Source: Vulcanimicrobiota bacterium (lineage in GTDB: Bacteria; Vulcanimicrobiota; Vulcanimicrobiia; Vulcanimicrobiales; Vulcanimicrobiaceae). From it: a DNA stretch of 64,000 bases. The stretch's first letter is position 1. Each line of letters begins with the position of its first letter. The stretch covers positions 160,001 through 224,000 of the forward strand of contig CAWGBN010000009.1 of the NCBI GenBank assembly GCA_963820825.1. Direction: 5' to 3'. Shown here piece after piece: positions 9,155-17,556 of the stretch. Under the pieces are notes generated by a model, which was given only the letters and a program-made list of their open reading frames with translations, searched no databases and was not told the origin of the DNA. The position numbers were made by a program, and so were the translations under genes.

Positions 9155-9841
9155 TTACTCTTTGACGGCGTCGATCAATACGATCCCTCGGCCGCCGAAA
9201 TCGCGGAGCTGGTCGAGTGCCGCGACCGCCGCGCCGATCGGCGTATCCGGATTCGTCGCCTCGCTAATCGAGAATCCGGTTTGCTTTTTCGCTTGCGCGT
9301 CGATCGGATCGCGCAGCATGCTCGGCACGTTCTTAAATCTTCCGATGAGCCCGAGCATCGGGCCGGCCTTTTCGTCGAGCGTCTGCGGATCGACAACCAT
9401 GACGACGACGCCGTGACGCTTACCCGAATCGTTTCCTTCAAACGCGACAAAATCGAAGCCGAGCGCGCGGGTGTGCGTGCGCACCGCCTCGACGCCGTTT
9501 CCGCTGATCGCAAGCGTGTAACCGGACGGCGGATGGGCGCTCAAGTCGCCCAGCCAGGATTCGAGCGCGGCCATGTAGGCCTGGGTGCCCGCAACGACGT
9601 CGTGACCGTCGTACGTTCCGGCACCCTGCGAAAGAACGGCGCTATCGGCCATTCCGGGACGAGCGCGCACCGTCGTTCGCCACCCGCGCGACGAGAGAAT
9701 CTCGGAGCCGTCGAAGAGCGGAAACGTTACGGGGTTCGTAGCCGCCGGAGAGGCGCCGGCCGCGGCGGTACCGTGATTGGCGCTCGCGCAGGCGGTCAGG
9801 AGAGCGACGGAGGCAAGCAGCGCTAAGGATGAACGCGTCAC
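9155..9841 (-). CDS. Hypothetical lipoprotein
   Basis: Lipobox LTAC; ends 13 nt before the start of the MFS fusion gene on the same strand. Confidence 0.7.
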   Translation of the reverse strand: MTRSSLALLASVALLTACASANHGTAAAGASPAATNPVTFPLFDGSEILSSRGWRTTVRARPGMADSAVLSQGAGTYDGHDVVAGTQAYMAALESWLGDLSAHPPSGYTLAISGNGVEAVRTHTRALGFDFVAFEGNDSGKRHGVVVMVVDPQTLDEKAGPMLGLIGRFKNVPSMLRDPIDAQAKKQTGFSISEATNPDTPIGAAVAALDQLRDFGGRGIVLIDAVKE

Positions 9842-9890
9842 CGGCAGCGCTTTCGAGGAGAACCCCGGGACCCCCCGTAAGCTCCGGCGG

Positions 9891-10661
9891 GTGGCGCTCT
9901 CATACGGATCCTATCTCAAGGTAAACGAGCTCCTCGCCCTGCAGCAGCCGCTCTCCCGGCCGCACCATCACGACGAGATGCTCTTCATTATCATTCACCA
10001 AGTCTACGAGCTTTGGTTCAAGCAGCTCTTGCACGAGGTCGACGCGACGATGGCCGCGCTCGACCGCGATGACCTGTTGCGCGTCGCAAAGCACTTTCGC
10101 CGCATTCATGCAATCCAGCGGCTGCTCGAGCAGCAGGTCGACATTCTGGAGACGATGACGCCCCAAGAGTTCAACCAGTTCCGCGACAACCTCAATCCGG
10201 CGAGCGGCTTCCAATCGGTGCAGTTTCGCGAGCTCGAGTATGCCTGCGGCCTGCGCCAGGCAGAGCTGCTGAAGTGGATCGAGCTCGGCGACGAACAGCG
10301 CGCGCGCCTCGAACGCCGCGCGAACGAACCGTCGCTCTACGACCGGGTCAAGTCGCTGTTGCAGCGCCGCGGGTTCTCCACCGATTCCAGCGCCGAGCTG
10401 ATCGAGAGCTTCCGCCGGATCTATACCGACGAATCGACGTACTACGACCTCTACCTGCTGCTCGAGGACTTGATCGAGTTCGACGAGCGCTTTCTTCTGT
10501 GGCGCGGCCGCCACGTTCGCATGGTGGAGCGAATGATCGGTCAGAAGCAGGGCACCGGCGGCTCTTCGGGCGCGCGGTATCTCGAGGGTACGCTCGCGCA
10601 CCGATTCTTCCCCGAGCTCTGGGAAGTGCGCACCTATCTCGGCGAGGGAACCTACGCATGA
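9891..10661 (+). CDS. kynA: Tryptophan 2,3-dioxygenase
   Basis: YGSYL, HDEMLFIIIHQVYELWFK, PASGFQSVQFRELE, GTGGSSG and FFPELW motifs. Confidence 0.95.
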   Translation: MALSYGSYLKVNELLALQQPLSRPHHHDEMLFIIIHQVYELWFKQLLHEVDATMAALDRDDLLRVAKHFRRIHAIQRLLEQQVDILETMTPQEFNQFRDNLNPASGFQSVQFRELEYACGLRQAELLKWIELGDEQRARLERRANEPSLYDRVKSLLQRRGFSTDSSAELIESFRRIYTDESTYYDLYLLLEDLIEFDERFLLWRGRHVRMVERMIGQKQGTGGSSGARYLEGTLAHRFFPELWEVRTYLGEGTYA

Positions 10662-11797
10662 CCCGGCGCGATCAGTTTCCGATTCTCGCCAACTCAACCT
10701 ACCTCGTCAGCCATTCGATGGGCGCGGCGCCGCGTCGCGCGCGCGAGGCACTGGAGACGTATTGGGACGAGTGGGCCGCCGACGGACCCGAAGCCTGGGA
10801 ACGCTGGCTCCCGCGCATCGCCGAGATCGCCGACGGCATCGGCGCCATCATCGGTGCTCCGCCCGGCAGCTGCTTCTTAGGGCCGAACGTTTCCGTGCTT
10901 CAAGCGGCGATTGCAACCTGCATCGACTTCGGCGGCACGCGCAACGAAGTCGTCTACGAAGCGCTGCAATTCCCGTCGTTGACGTACGTCTGGCGCGAGT
11001 GGGAGCGCTTCGGTGCCGTCGCCAAAATCGTCGGCTCCGACGACGGCCGCACGATTCCGACCGAGCGCATCATCGCGGCGATTACCGAGAAGACGGCGAT
11101 CGCCGTGCTCTCGCATGCCTACTACGTATCGGGCGCGATCGCCGACGTGCGCGCGATTCAAGCGCACTGTCGTAGCGTCGGCGCGTTGCTCTGCGTCGAT
11201 GCCTATCAAACGACCGGCGTCTTTCCGTACGACGCGGTCGAATGGGATCTCGACCTGGTCACGGGCGGATCGCACAAGTGGCTCTGCGGCGGAGCGGGCT
11301 GCGGTTGGATCTATCTGAAACCCTCGCTGCTCGAACGATTCCGTCCGGCCGTCACCGGTTGGATGGCGCACGCGCGGCCCTTTGCCTTCGAGCCGGCACC
11401 GATCGCCCACGCCCCGTCGATGTACCGCTTCGGCAACGGCACGCCGACGATTCCCGGATATATGGTCGCCCAGCCCGGTCATCAAATCATCGCCGAGATC
11501 GGGGTGCCGCGCATTCGCGAACGCAACGTGCGCTTAACCGAAAGAATCGTGGCGATGGCGCTCGAGCGCGGATTGCGCGTCAACTCGCCGCTCGAACCCG
11601 CGCGGCGTACCGGCTGGATCGGCATCGACTTCGAAGATTCCGAGCAGGCGCACCGGCGCTTGATCGAGCGCCGGGTCTTCGTCGATTACCGGCCGGGATG
11701 CGGCATTCGCGTCGGCCCGCATTTCTATACGACCGAAGACGAGATCGACGAATTCTTCCGCGTTCTGCGAACCGTGGCATCGCTCGTGCCATCGTAA
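10658..11797 (+). CDS. kynU: Kynureninase-like PLP enzyme (class V aminotransferase fold)
   Basis: YLVSHSMG, FPS, DAYQ, GGSHKWLCGG (PLP Lys), GWMAH, DYRP motifs; ATGA overlap with kynA. Confidence 0.82.
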   Translation: MTRRDQFPILANSTYLVSHSMGAAPRRAREALETYWDEWAADGPEAWERWLPRIAEIADGIGAIIGAPPGSCFLGPNVSVLQAAIATCIDFGGTRNEVVYEALQFPSLTYVWREWERFGAVAKIVGSDDGRTIPTERIIAAITEKTAIAVLSHAYYVSGAIADVRAIQAHCRSVGALLCVDAYQTTGVFPYDAVEWDLDLVTGGSHKWLCGGAGCGWIYLKPSLLERFRPAVTGWMAHARPFAFEPAPIAHAPSMYRFGNGTPTIPGYMVAQPGHQIIAEIGVPRIRERNVRLTERIVAMALERGLRVNSPLEPARRTGWIGIDFEDSEQAHRRLIERRVFVDYRPGCGIRVGPHFYTTEDEIDEFFRVLRTVASLVPS

Positions 11798-11811
11798 CCG
11801 TCGTGGACTCG

Positions 11812-13167
11812 ATGATCGTCGACCATACCAGAATTGGCGCCGCATTCCGGCGCCTTTCGATTCCGGTCGCCATCCAGATGCTCGGCGATCAGCTTCTCGG
11901 AACGGTCGATACGATCGCGATCGGCAGCTTGGGCGCAGTCGCGCTCGCCGGAGCGACCGCGGCGAACACGATCTTCATCGCGATTGCGTTCGCCGCATAT
12001 GGTTTCATCAGCGGCACCGCGATCGTCGCGGCGCAGCGGGTCGGTGCGGGCGACGTGGAGGCATTCGGGCGCACGGTGCGCGCCGGCGCGGCCGTGCCGC
12101 TGCTCGTCGGCATCGTCGCCTTCGCCGTCAGCCTAGCGGGCGCGAACGCGGCGATCCACGCGCTCGTCGGCGCGCTTCCGAGCGCGAACGCGAGCGCCGC
12201 CTATCTCGTCTTGCGCTGTTTGGCGCTTATCCCGATGGTCGTGTCGGGAACGCTCATCGTGGGTCTGGGCGCGGCCGGAAATCGACAGATCGGCGTCTTG
12301 GTGCTCGTCGTCGTCAACGCCATTCACATTCCGTTGCTCATGATGCTCTGCCTGGGCTGGTGGACGCACCACCCGTTCGGAATCGTCGGCGCGGGCGTCT
12401 CGTCGCTCATCGCCGAGAGCATCGCCGCAGTCTACGCGATCGTCTACGTCGCGCGCCGGCCGGCGTACCGCATTTTCACATCCTTCGGCTCGGTCGGGGG
12501 CGGGCTGCTCTCCTGGCCGCTCGCGCGCCAATGCGCGCTGCTCGGATTACCCGAAGCGATCTTCTTGCTCGGCGTCACCGCCCCCGATATCTTCATCGTC
12601 GCGATGCTCGCGCCGCTCGGAGCGATTGCGGTTGCCGCATTCCGCGCACTCAACGTCGTCTCGGATCTTACCTTCGTCGTTCCCAGTCCGTTGCAGAGCG
12701 CGACCCAAGTCGTCATCGGGCAACGGTTGGGAGCGCGCGATCCGGCCGGCGCGCGGGCGTTCTTCGAGCGCGCGCTGCGGATCTCGCTCGTCGTAACGAC
12801 GCTCACCGGCGCGGTCGTTGCGATCCTCGCGTGGCCGCTCGCCTACATCTTTACCCTCGATGCGGCCATCGCGAGCATCGCCGCGCTGCCGCTCGCGCTG
12901 CATATGGTGACGATGCCGCTCAAGGGATGGTCGATGCTCGCGCTCGCACCGATTCGTGCCTCGGGCGACACGCGCTTCTCGATGACCGTCGGGCTCTTCT
13001 GCAGCGCCCTGGTCATCCCGCTGGTTTGGATCGGCATCGAGCGGCTCCACCTCGGGCTCTACAGCGTCGCCCTCGGATGGATCGCCGCGTGGACCGTGCG
13101 CGCCCTGCTCACGCAATGGAAGCTGCGCGACGGGGCGTGGATGCGGCGGGCTCCGCTTGCGGCCTAA
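11812..13167 (+). CDS. MATE family efflux transporter
   Basis: LSIPVAIQML...VDTIAIGSLG..ALAG; AQRVGAGD; GQRLGARD; RASGDT. Confidence 0.9.
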   Translation: MIVDHTRIGAAFRRLSIPVAIQMLGDQLLGTVDTIAIGSLGAVALAGATAANTIFIAIAFAAYGFISGTAIVAAQRVGAGDVEAFGRTVRAGAAVPLLVGIVAFAVSLAGANAAIHALVGALPSANASAAYLVLRCLALIPMVVSGTLIVGLGAAGNRQIGVLVLVVVNAIHIPLLMMLCLGWWTHHPFGIVGAGVSSLIAESIAAVYAIVYVARRPAYRIFTSFGSVGGGLLSWPLARQCALLGLPEAIFLLGVTAPDIFIVAMLAPLGAIAVAAFRALNVVSDLTFVVPSPLQSATQVVIGQRLGARDPAGARAFFERALRISLVVTTLTGAVVAILAWPLAYIFTLDAAIASIAALPLALHMVTMPLKGWSMLALAPIRASGDTRFSMTVGLFCSALVIPLVWIGIERLHLGLYSVALGWIAAWTVRALLTQWKLRDGAWMRRAPLAA

Positions 13168-13187
13168 AAGAATACTAGGCTCGTAAG

Positions 13188-14474
13188 ATGGCGTTTACCG
13201 AAGGCTTCATCTCGGATCTGGTCGGCCGCCGTGCGACGATCGACGACCTTCCGATCGGAAAGGTCACCGATTTGCTCGTCGGCAAGCCCGACGCGGTCTT
13301 TCCGCAAGTCGACGGCCTCGTCATCAAGACGGCGCAAGGTCTGCGGTTCGCGCCGATCGAGACGGTCTCGGACGTCGATCGCGACGGCAGCGTCGCGCTG
13401 ACGATCGCCCCGAAAGAGGCGGTTCCCCCCGAGCGGGAGGAGCTCTATCTCGTCGCCGATCTGCTCGACAAACAGATCGTCGACGTGGACGGCCGCAAGG
13501 TCGTGCGAATCAACGATATCGAGATTGCAAACACGGGCGGCGTGCTGCGCGTGGTCGCGGCCGACGTCGGGCTGGCGGGATTGCTGCGACGGCTCGGGCT
13601 GCGCTCGATCGGGCGCCACTGGCTCTCGCGCCTCCACAACGTTCCGCGCTCGATGATCGCCTGGGATTCGGTCGCACCGATCCGCGACGTCAACCCCTCG
13701 CAGGTGCGGCTCTCGGTCAAACAGAGCCGTCTCGCGCGCCTCCACCCATCGGAGCTCGCCGAGATCATCGGCGATCTCTCGTCGCGCGAAGCGCTCGCCG
13801 TCGTCGGACAGCTCGACGACGAGACGGCGGCCGATGCCTTCGAACATCTCGACACGGAGACGCGCAAGAATCTCATCGAGGAGATCGGCACGGAGCGCGC
13901 CGCCGACATCATCGAGGAGATGGACGCCGACGACGCGGCCGACCTTTTAGCGGAACTTCCCGAGGAGCAGCAGACGGAGCTGCTCGCGGAGATGAACGCC
14001 TACACCGCGGGCGAGCTTCGCGAACTCGTCAAGTACGACGAAGATACGGCCGGCGGCATGATGACGACCGACTACGTCTGGATCTATCCGCACCGCACGA
14101 CGGAGGCGACGATTCGCAAGATTCGCGAGATCGCGCCGGCCTCGGAGTTCATCTACTATCTCTACGTTCTCGACAAAGAGGACCGGCTGCTCGGGGCGCT
14201 CTCGCTTCGAGCGCTTCTGCTCGCGCTGCCGACGGCGTTCATCGACCGCATCATGGAGACCGATCTGGTGACGGTCGCTCCCGACGTAGCGGCAGTCGAC
14301 GTCGCATCGACGATCGCGAAGTACGACCTTCTCGCGGTGCCGGTCGTCGATGATGGCGGAAAGATGCTCGGCATCGTGACCGTCGACGATGCCATCGACG
14401 CAATCATGCCCGACGACGTGGCCAAGAAGCTGCCGCGCGTGCGCCGGCATCACCCGCGGCACGCGGTGACGTGA
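13188..14474 (+). CDS. PRC-barrel + MgtE intracellular N-domain + CBS pair protein, no membrane domain
   Basis: LLDKQIVDVDGRKVVRINDI; LHPSELAEII; EMDADDAADLL; YDEDTAGGMMT; GIVTVDDAID. Confidence 0.88.
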   Translation: MAFTEGFISDLVGRRATIDDLPIGKVTDLLVGKPDAVFPQVDGLVIKTAQGLRFAPIETVSDVDRDGSVALTIAPKEAVPPEREELYLVADLLDKQIVDVDGRKVVRINDIEIANTGGVLRVVAADVGLAGLLRRLGLRSIGRHWLSRLHNVPRSMIAWDSVAPIRDVNPSQVRLSVKQSRLARLHPSELAEIIGDLSSREALAVVGQLDDETAADAFEHLDTETRKNLIEEIGTERAADIIEEMDADDAADLLAELPEEQQTELLAEMNAYTAGELRELVKYDEDTAGGMMTTDYVWIYPHRTTEATIRKIREIAPASEFIYYLYVLDKEDRLLGALSLRALLLALPTAFIDRIMETDLVTVAPDVAAVDVASTIAKYDLLAVPVVDDGGKMLGIVTVDDAIDAIMPDDVAKKLPRVRRHHPRHAVT

Positions 14475-15574
14475 GGCCCGAAGAGATCGTCGAGTTCAGT
14501 GAGGCCCTCGCGCGCATCGCCGCAACGGGAGGCGGGCCGAAAGCCCTTGCCGCGCAATTAGCGACCAGCGCCGAGGGCGGGGTCTTGCTCGAAGACGCGC
14601 AGTGGCATCCGCTCGCAACGGCCGGCGCGGGCCAGATTCCCGCAAGCGCGCGCGCCGTCGTCGAATCGGGCGCTTCCGGACGAGCCGCGCGGGTTGCAGC
14701 CGGCGACGCGAATCTCGGCTGGCTCTCGCTCTTCGGCGGACGTGCCGATGCCGAACTGCTCCTACGCTTGACGGCCGCCGCAATCGGGGTCGAGCTTTCG
14801 CGCAACGGCGCCGTTGCGCGCGAGCGTGCGGACGGCTTCTGGGAGTCGCTGCTCGCCGGCACATTCCACGACGCGAACGCACTTCGCGACGAGGCCGCCG
14901 CACGCGGCATCGCTCTGGCACCACTCTATCTCGCCGTCGCACTCGAGAGCGACGATCTCACCGCGCTGCGCTCGCTCGCGATGCAGACCTTCCGCAGCGC
15001 CGAGCTCGGCGTCGTCGAACGCGGCCCGACTCTGCTGCTCTTCGTACCGGCGGCGCGCACGCTCGACGCAAGCAATGCCAGAACGGCGGCGAGCTTGCTG
15101 CCCAAAAGCGCCGCCCGGCGCGCGCCGCATCTGCGGATCTCCGGCGGCGTAGGTACGGTCGAGACGCCGCCGGCTCTGCGAACGAGCGTGGAGCGTGCCG
15201 AAGCGGCACTCGCGGTCGGACGTCGCATCTACGGAAGCGGCAACGTCGCCATCTACGACGAGCTCGGCGCCTACCGCCTCCTCTACGAAGGCGCGAACGT
15301 CGAGCGGCTGCGCGCCTTTGCCGCCGAGACGCTCGCGCCGCTGCGCGCCTACGATGAGACGCACCAAACGGAACTCGAGCGAACCCTCAAGCTCTACTTC
15401 AAGTTGGGACAGAACGTGAAGACGGCCGCGGCCGAGCTCAACGTGCATCGCCACACCGTCTTCTACCGGCTGCGCCAAATCGGCGAGATCGCGACGCGCT
15501 CGCTCGATAGCCCACACGATCAACTCACCCTTCGTCTGGCGGTTGCAATTGATGAACTCCACACCTCGAACTGA
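14471..15574 (+). CDS. PucR/CdaR family transcriptional regulator
   Basis: C-terminal HTH_30: L.PL..YD....EL..TL..YF....NVKTAA..L.VHRHTVFYRL. Confidence 0.9.
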   Translation: MRPEEIVEFSEALARIAATGGGPKALAAQLATSAEGGVLLEDAQWHPLATAGAGQIPASARAVVESGASGRAARVAAGDANLGWLSLFGGRADAELLLRLTAAAIGVELSRNGAVARERADGFWESLLAGTFHDANALRDEAAARGIALAPLYLAVALESDDLTALRSLAMQTFRSAELGVVERGPTLLLFVPAARTLDASNARTAASLLPKSAARRAPHLRISGGVGTVETPPALRTSVERAEAALAVGRRIYGSGNVAIYDELGAYRLLYEGANVERLRAFAAETLAPLRAYDETHQTELERTLKLYFKLGQNVKTAAAELNVHRHTVFYRLRQIGEIATRSLDSPHDQLTLRLAVAIDELHTSN

Positions 15575-16871
15575 GTGGCGCCGCCCGTCGGGCAAGCGCG
15601 ACGTCGTCCGGCTGGCGCGCGAGCGCGACGTGCGTTTCGTGCGCTTGGTCTTCGCCGATATCTTCGGCGTGAGCAAGAACGTTTCGATTCCGATCGACGA
15701 GCTCGACGCGGCGCTCGACGGGCGCGTCACCTTCGACGGCGGCTCGATCGACGGCTTCGTGCGCGGCGAGGAGCTCGACATGCTCCTGCGCCCCGATCCA
15801 TCGACCTTTGCGGTCTATCCGTGGCGTGCCGCCGGCGATGCCTGCGAAGCGCGCCTGATCTGCGATATCGCGATGCCCGATGGTTCGCCGTTCGAAGGCT
15901 GCCCGCGCACCACGCTGCGTCGAGCGATCGAAAGCGCCTGCGCATTGAGCGGAGTCAAGATCGGGCTCGAGGTCGAATTCTATCTCTTCGAGCGCCACGA
16001 CGGCGCGACCGCGTCGACCGCGACCTCGGACGTCGGCTCCTACTTCGATTTTTCGGCAAACGACCGGGGCGAGGAGGCACGCAACGCAATCGTCGCGGCG
16101 CTACGCGCGATGGGGGTTCCGATTAGCTCGGCGCATCACGAGCATGGGGCCGGACAACACGAAATCGACGTCGCGCACGACGATCCACTCGCCGCAGCGG
16201 ATCACGCGCTCACGCTGCGCACGATCGCCAAGCACGTCGCCGCCGATTACGGCTTGGAGGCGACGTTCATGCCCAAGCCGCTCGCCGAACGCGCGGGAAG
16301 CGGACTTCATGCCGATTTTCAGCTCTCCGCCTCGAGCGACGAAGAGACCGCCCTCTACGTCGTCGGCGGATTGCTCGCGCACGCGGCGGCAACGACGGCG
16401 ATCTGCAATCCGACGGTCAACTCCTACAAACGATTGGTCGCAGCCTGGGATGCCCCGATCTATGCGGTATGGTCGGAGCGCAGTGCGAACGCGCTGGTAC
16501 GCGTTCCGCCCGGACAGCAACCGGCGCGCGTCGAGATGCGCAGCCCGGATCCGGCCTGCAATCCCTACCTCGCGTTCGCGGTGCTCGTCGGTGCCGCGAC
16601 GGACGGCGTCACGAACGCAATGCTGCCCGGGCCGGCGCTCGTCGGATCGACCTACGACCTTACCGAGAGAGAGCGCCGCGAACGCGGAATCCGCACGCTG
16701 CCCAAATCGCTGCGCCAAGCGATCGCCGAGCTCGACGACGATCCGGTCGTGCGCGCCTCGCTCGGCGATCATCTCTACCACGCGTTTCGCGATGCCAAGC
16801 TCGAAGAGTACGAACGCTACCGCCGCGCCGTCCACCCGTGGGAGCGCGAGCAGTACCTGCGGCTCTATTAG
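15552..16871 (+). CDS. Glutamine synthetase type I-like protein with a divergent active site
   Basis: FDGGSIDG, GLEVEFY, HHEHGAGQHEI, FMPKP..GSGLH, NSYKRL, RVEMRSPDPACNPYL. Confidence 0.88.
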   Translation: MNSTPRTEWRRPSGKRDVVRLARERDVRFVRLVFADIFGVSKNVSIPIDELDAALDGRVTFDGGSIDGFVRGEELDMLLRPDPSTFAVYPWRAAGDACEARLICDIAMPDGSPFEGCPRTTLRRAIESACALSGVKIGLEVEFYLFERHDGATASTATSDVGSYFDFSANDRGEEARNAIVAALRAMGVPISSAHHEHGAGQHEIDVAHDDPLAAADHALTLRTIAKHVAADYGLEATFMPKPLAERAGSGLHADFQLSASSDEETALYVVGGLLAHAAATTAICNPTVNSYKRLVAAWDAPIYAVWSERSANALVRVPPGQQPARVEMRSPDPACNPYLAFAVLVGAATDGVTNAMLPGPALVGSTYDLTERERRERGIRTLPKSLRQAIAELDDDPVVRASLGDHLYHAFRDAKLEEYERYRRAVHPWEREQYLRLY

Positions 16872-16886
16872 TTCTAGGAGCTGCCG

Positions 16887-17556
16887 GTGATCACGAGTCG
16901 CGCCCTCAAGCCAATCGCCGTCTTTGTCGCCACGGTGGGCGTAGTGGCACTGGGCATGCACTTCTTCGCGCCGAGTTGGGCTGCCACGAGAGGTTCGCAT
17001 CGTCTCCTGTTACGACGCCGGCGTCGTTGCGATGATGATCTGGTATTGGCACACGATCGTGCGGACGAAAGCGGAGAGAGCCAAAACGTACGCGGCGTCG
17101 GAGGATCCCGGCCGCGACGCCGTCTTCGTACTCACGCTGATGGCCGTGGCCTTCGGGTTCATTGCCGCCTTCGCGATTCTCGGGCGCGGACCACCGGATA
17201 AAATCGGCGAGCACGTCGCCGTGATCGAAGCGGTCGGATTCGGTGCGGTGGCGCTCGGCTGGCTTTTGATTCACACGGTTTTTTCGTTCCATTACGCCCA
17301 CATGTACTACCGCGATAGCGATCGCGACAAAGAGAGCGACCGCGGGTTGGCCTTCCCCGGCGGTGCCGAACCCGACTTCATGGATCTCGCGTACTTTTCT
17401 TTCGTGATCGGGATGACGTTCCAGGTCTCCGACGTTCAGATCACGTCGAAAGGCATCCGCCGGCTCGTGCTCTGGCACGGACTGATCTCGTTTGCGTACA
17501 ACACGGCGATCCTCGCGCTCGTCGTCAACGTGGTTTCAGGCTTGTTGCATTCGTAA
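16887..17556 (+). CDS. DUF1345 membrane protein (apparent +1 frameshift near 16980)
   Basis: HTVFSFHYAH.YY, FPG..EPDFMDLAYFSFVIGMTFQVSD; N-terminus in an adjacent frame. Confidence 0.85.

Noticed and set aside
11242..13167. Apparent N-terminal extensions or fusions in the ORF track (MATE, kynU, nuoL, nuoI, btuC, btuD, SARP)
   Set aside because: The extensions are off-frame read-through of upstream genes; the real starts lie at the stop/start overlaps
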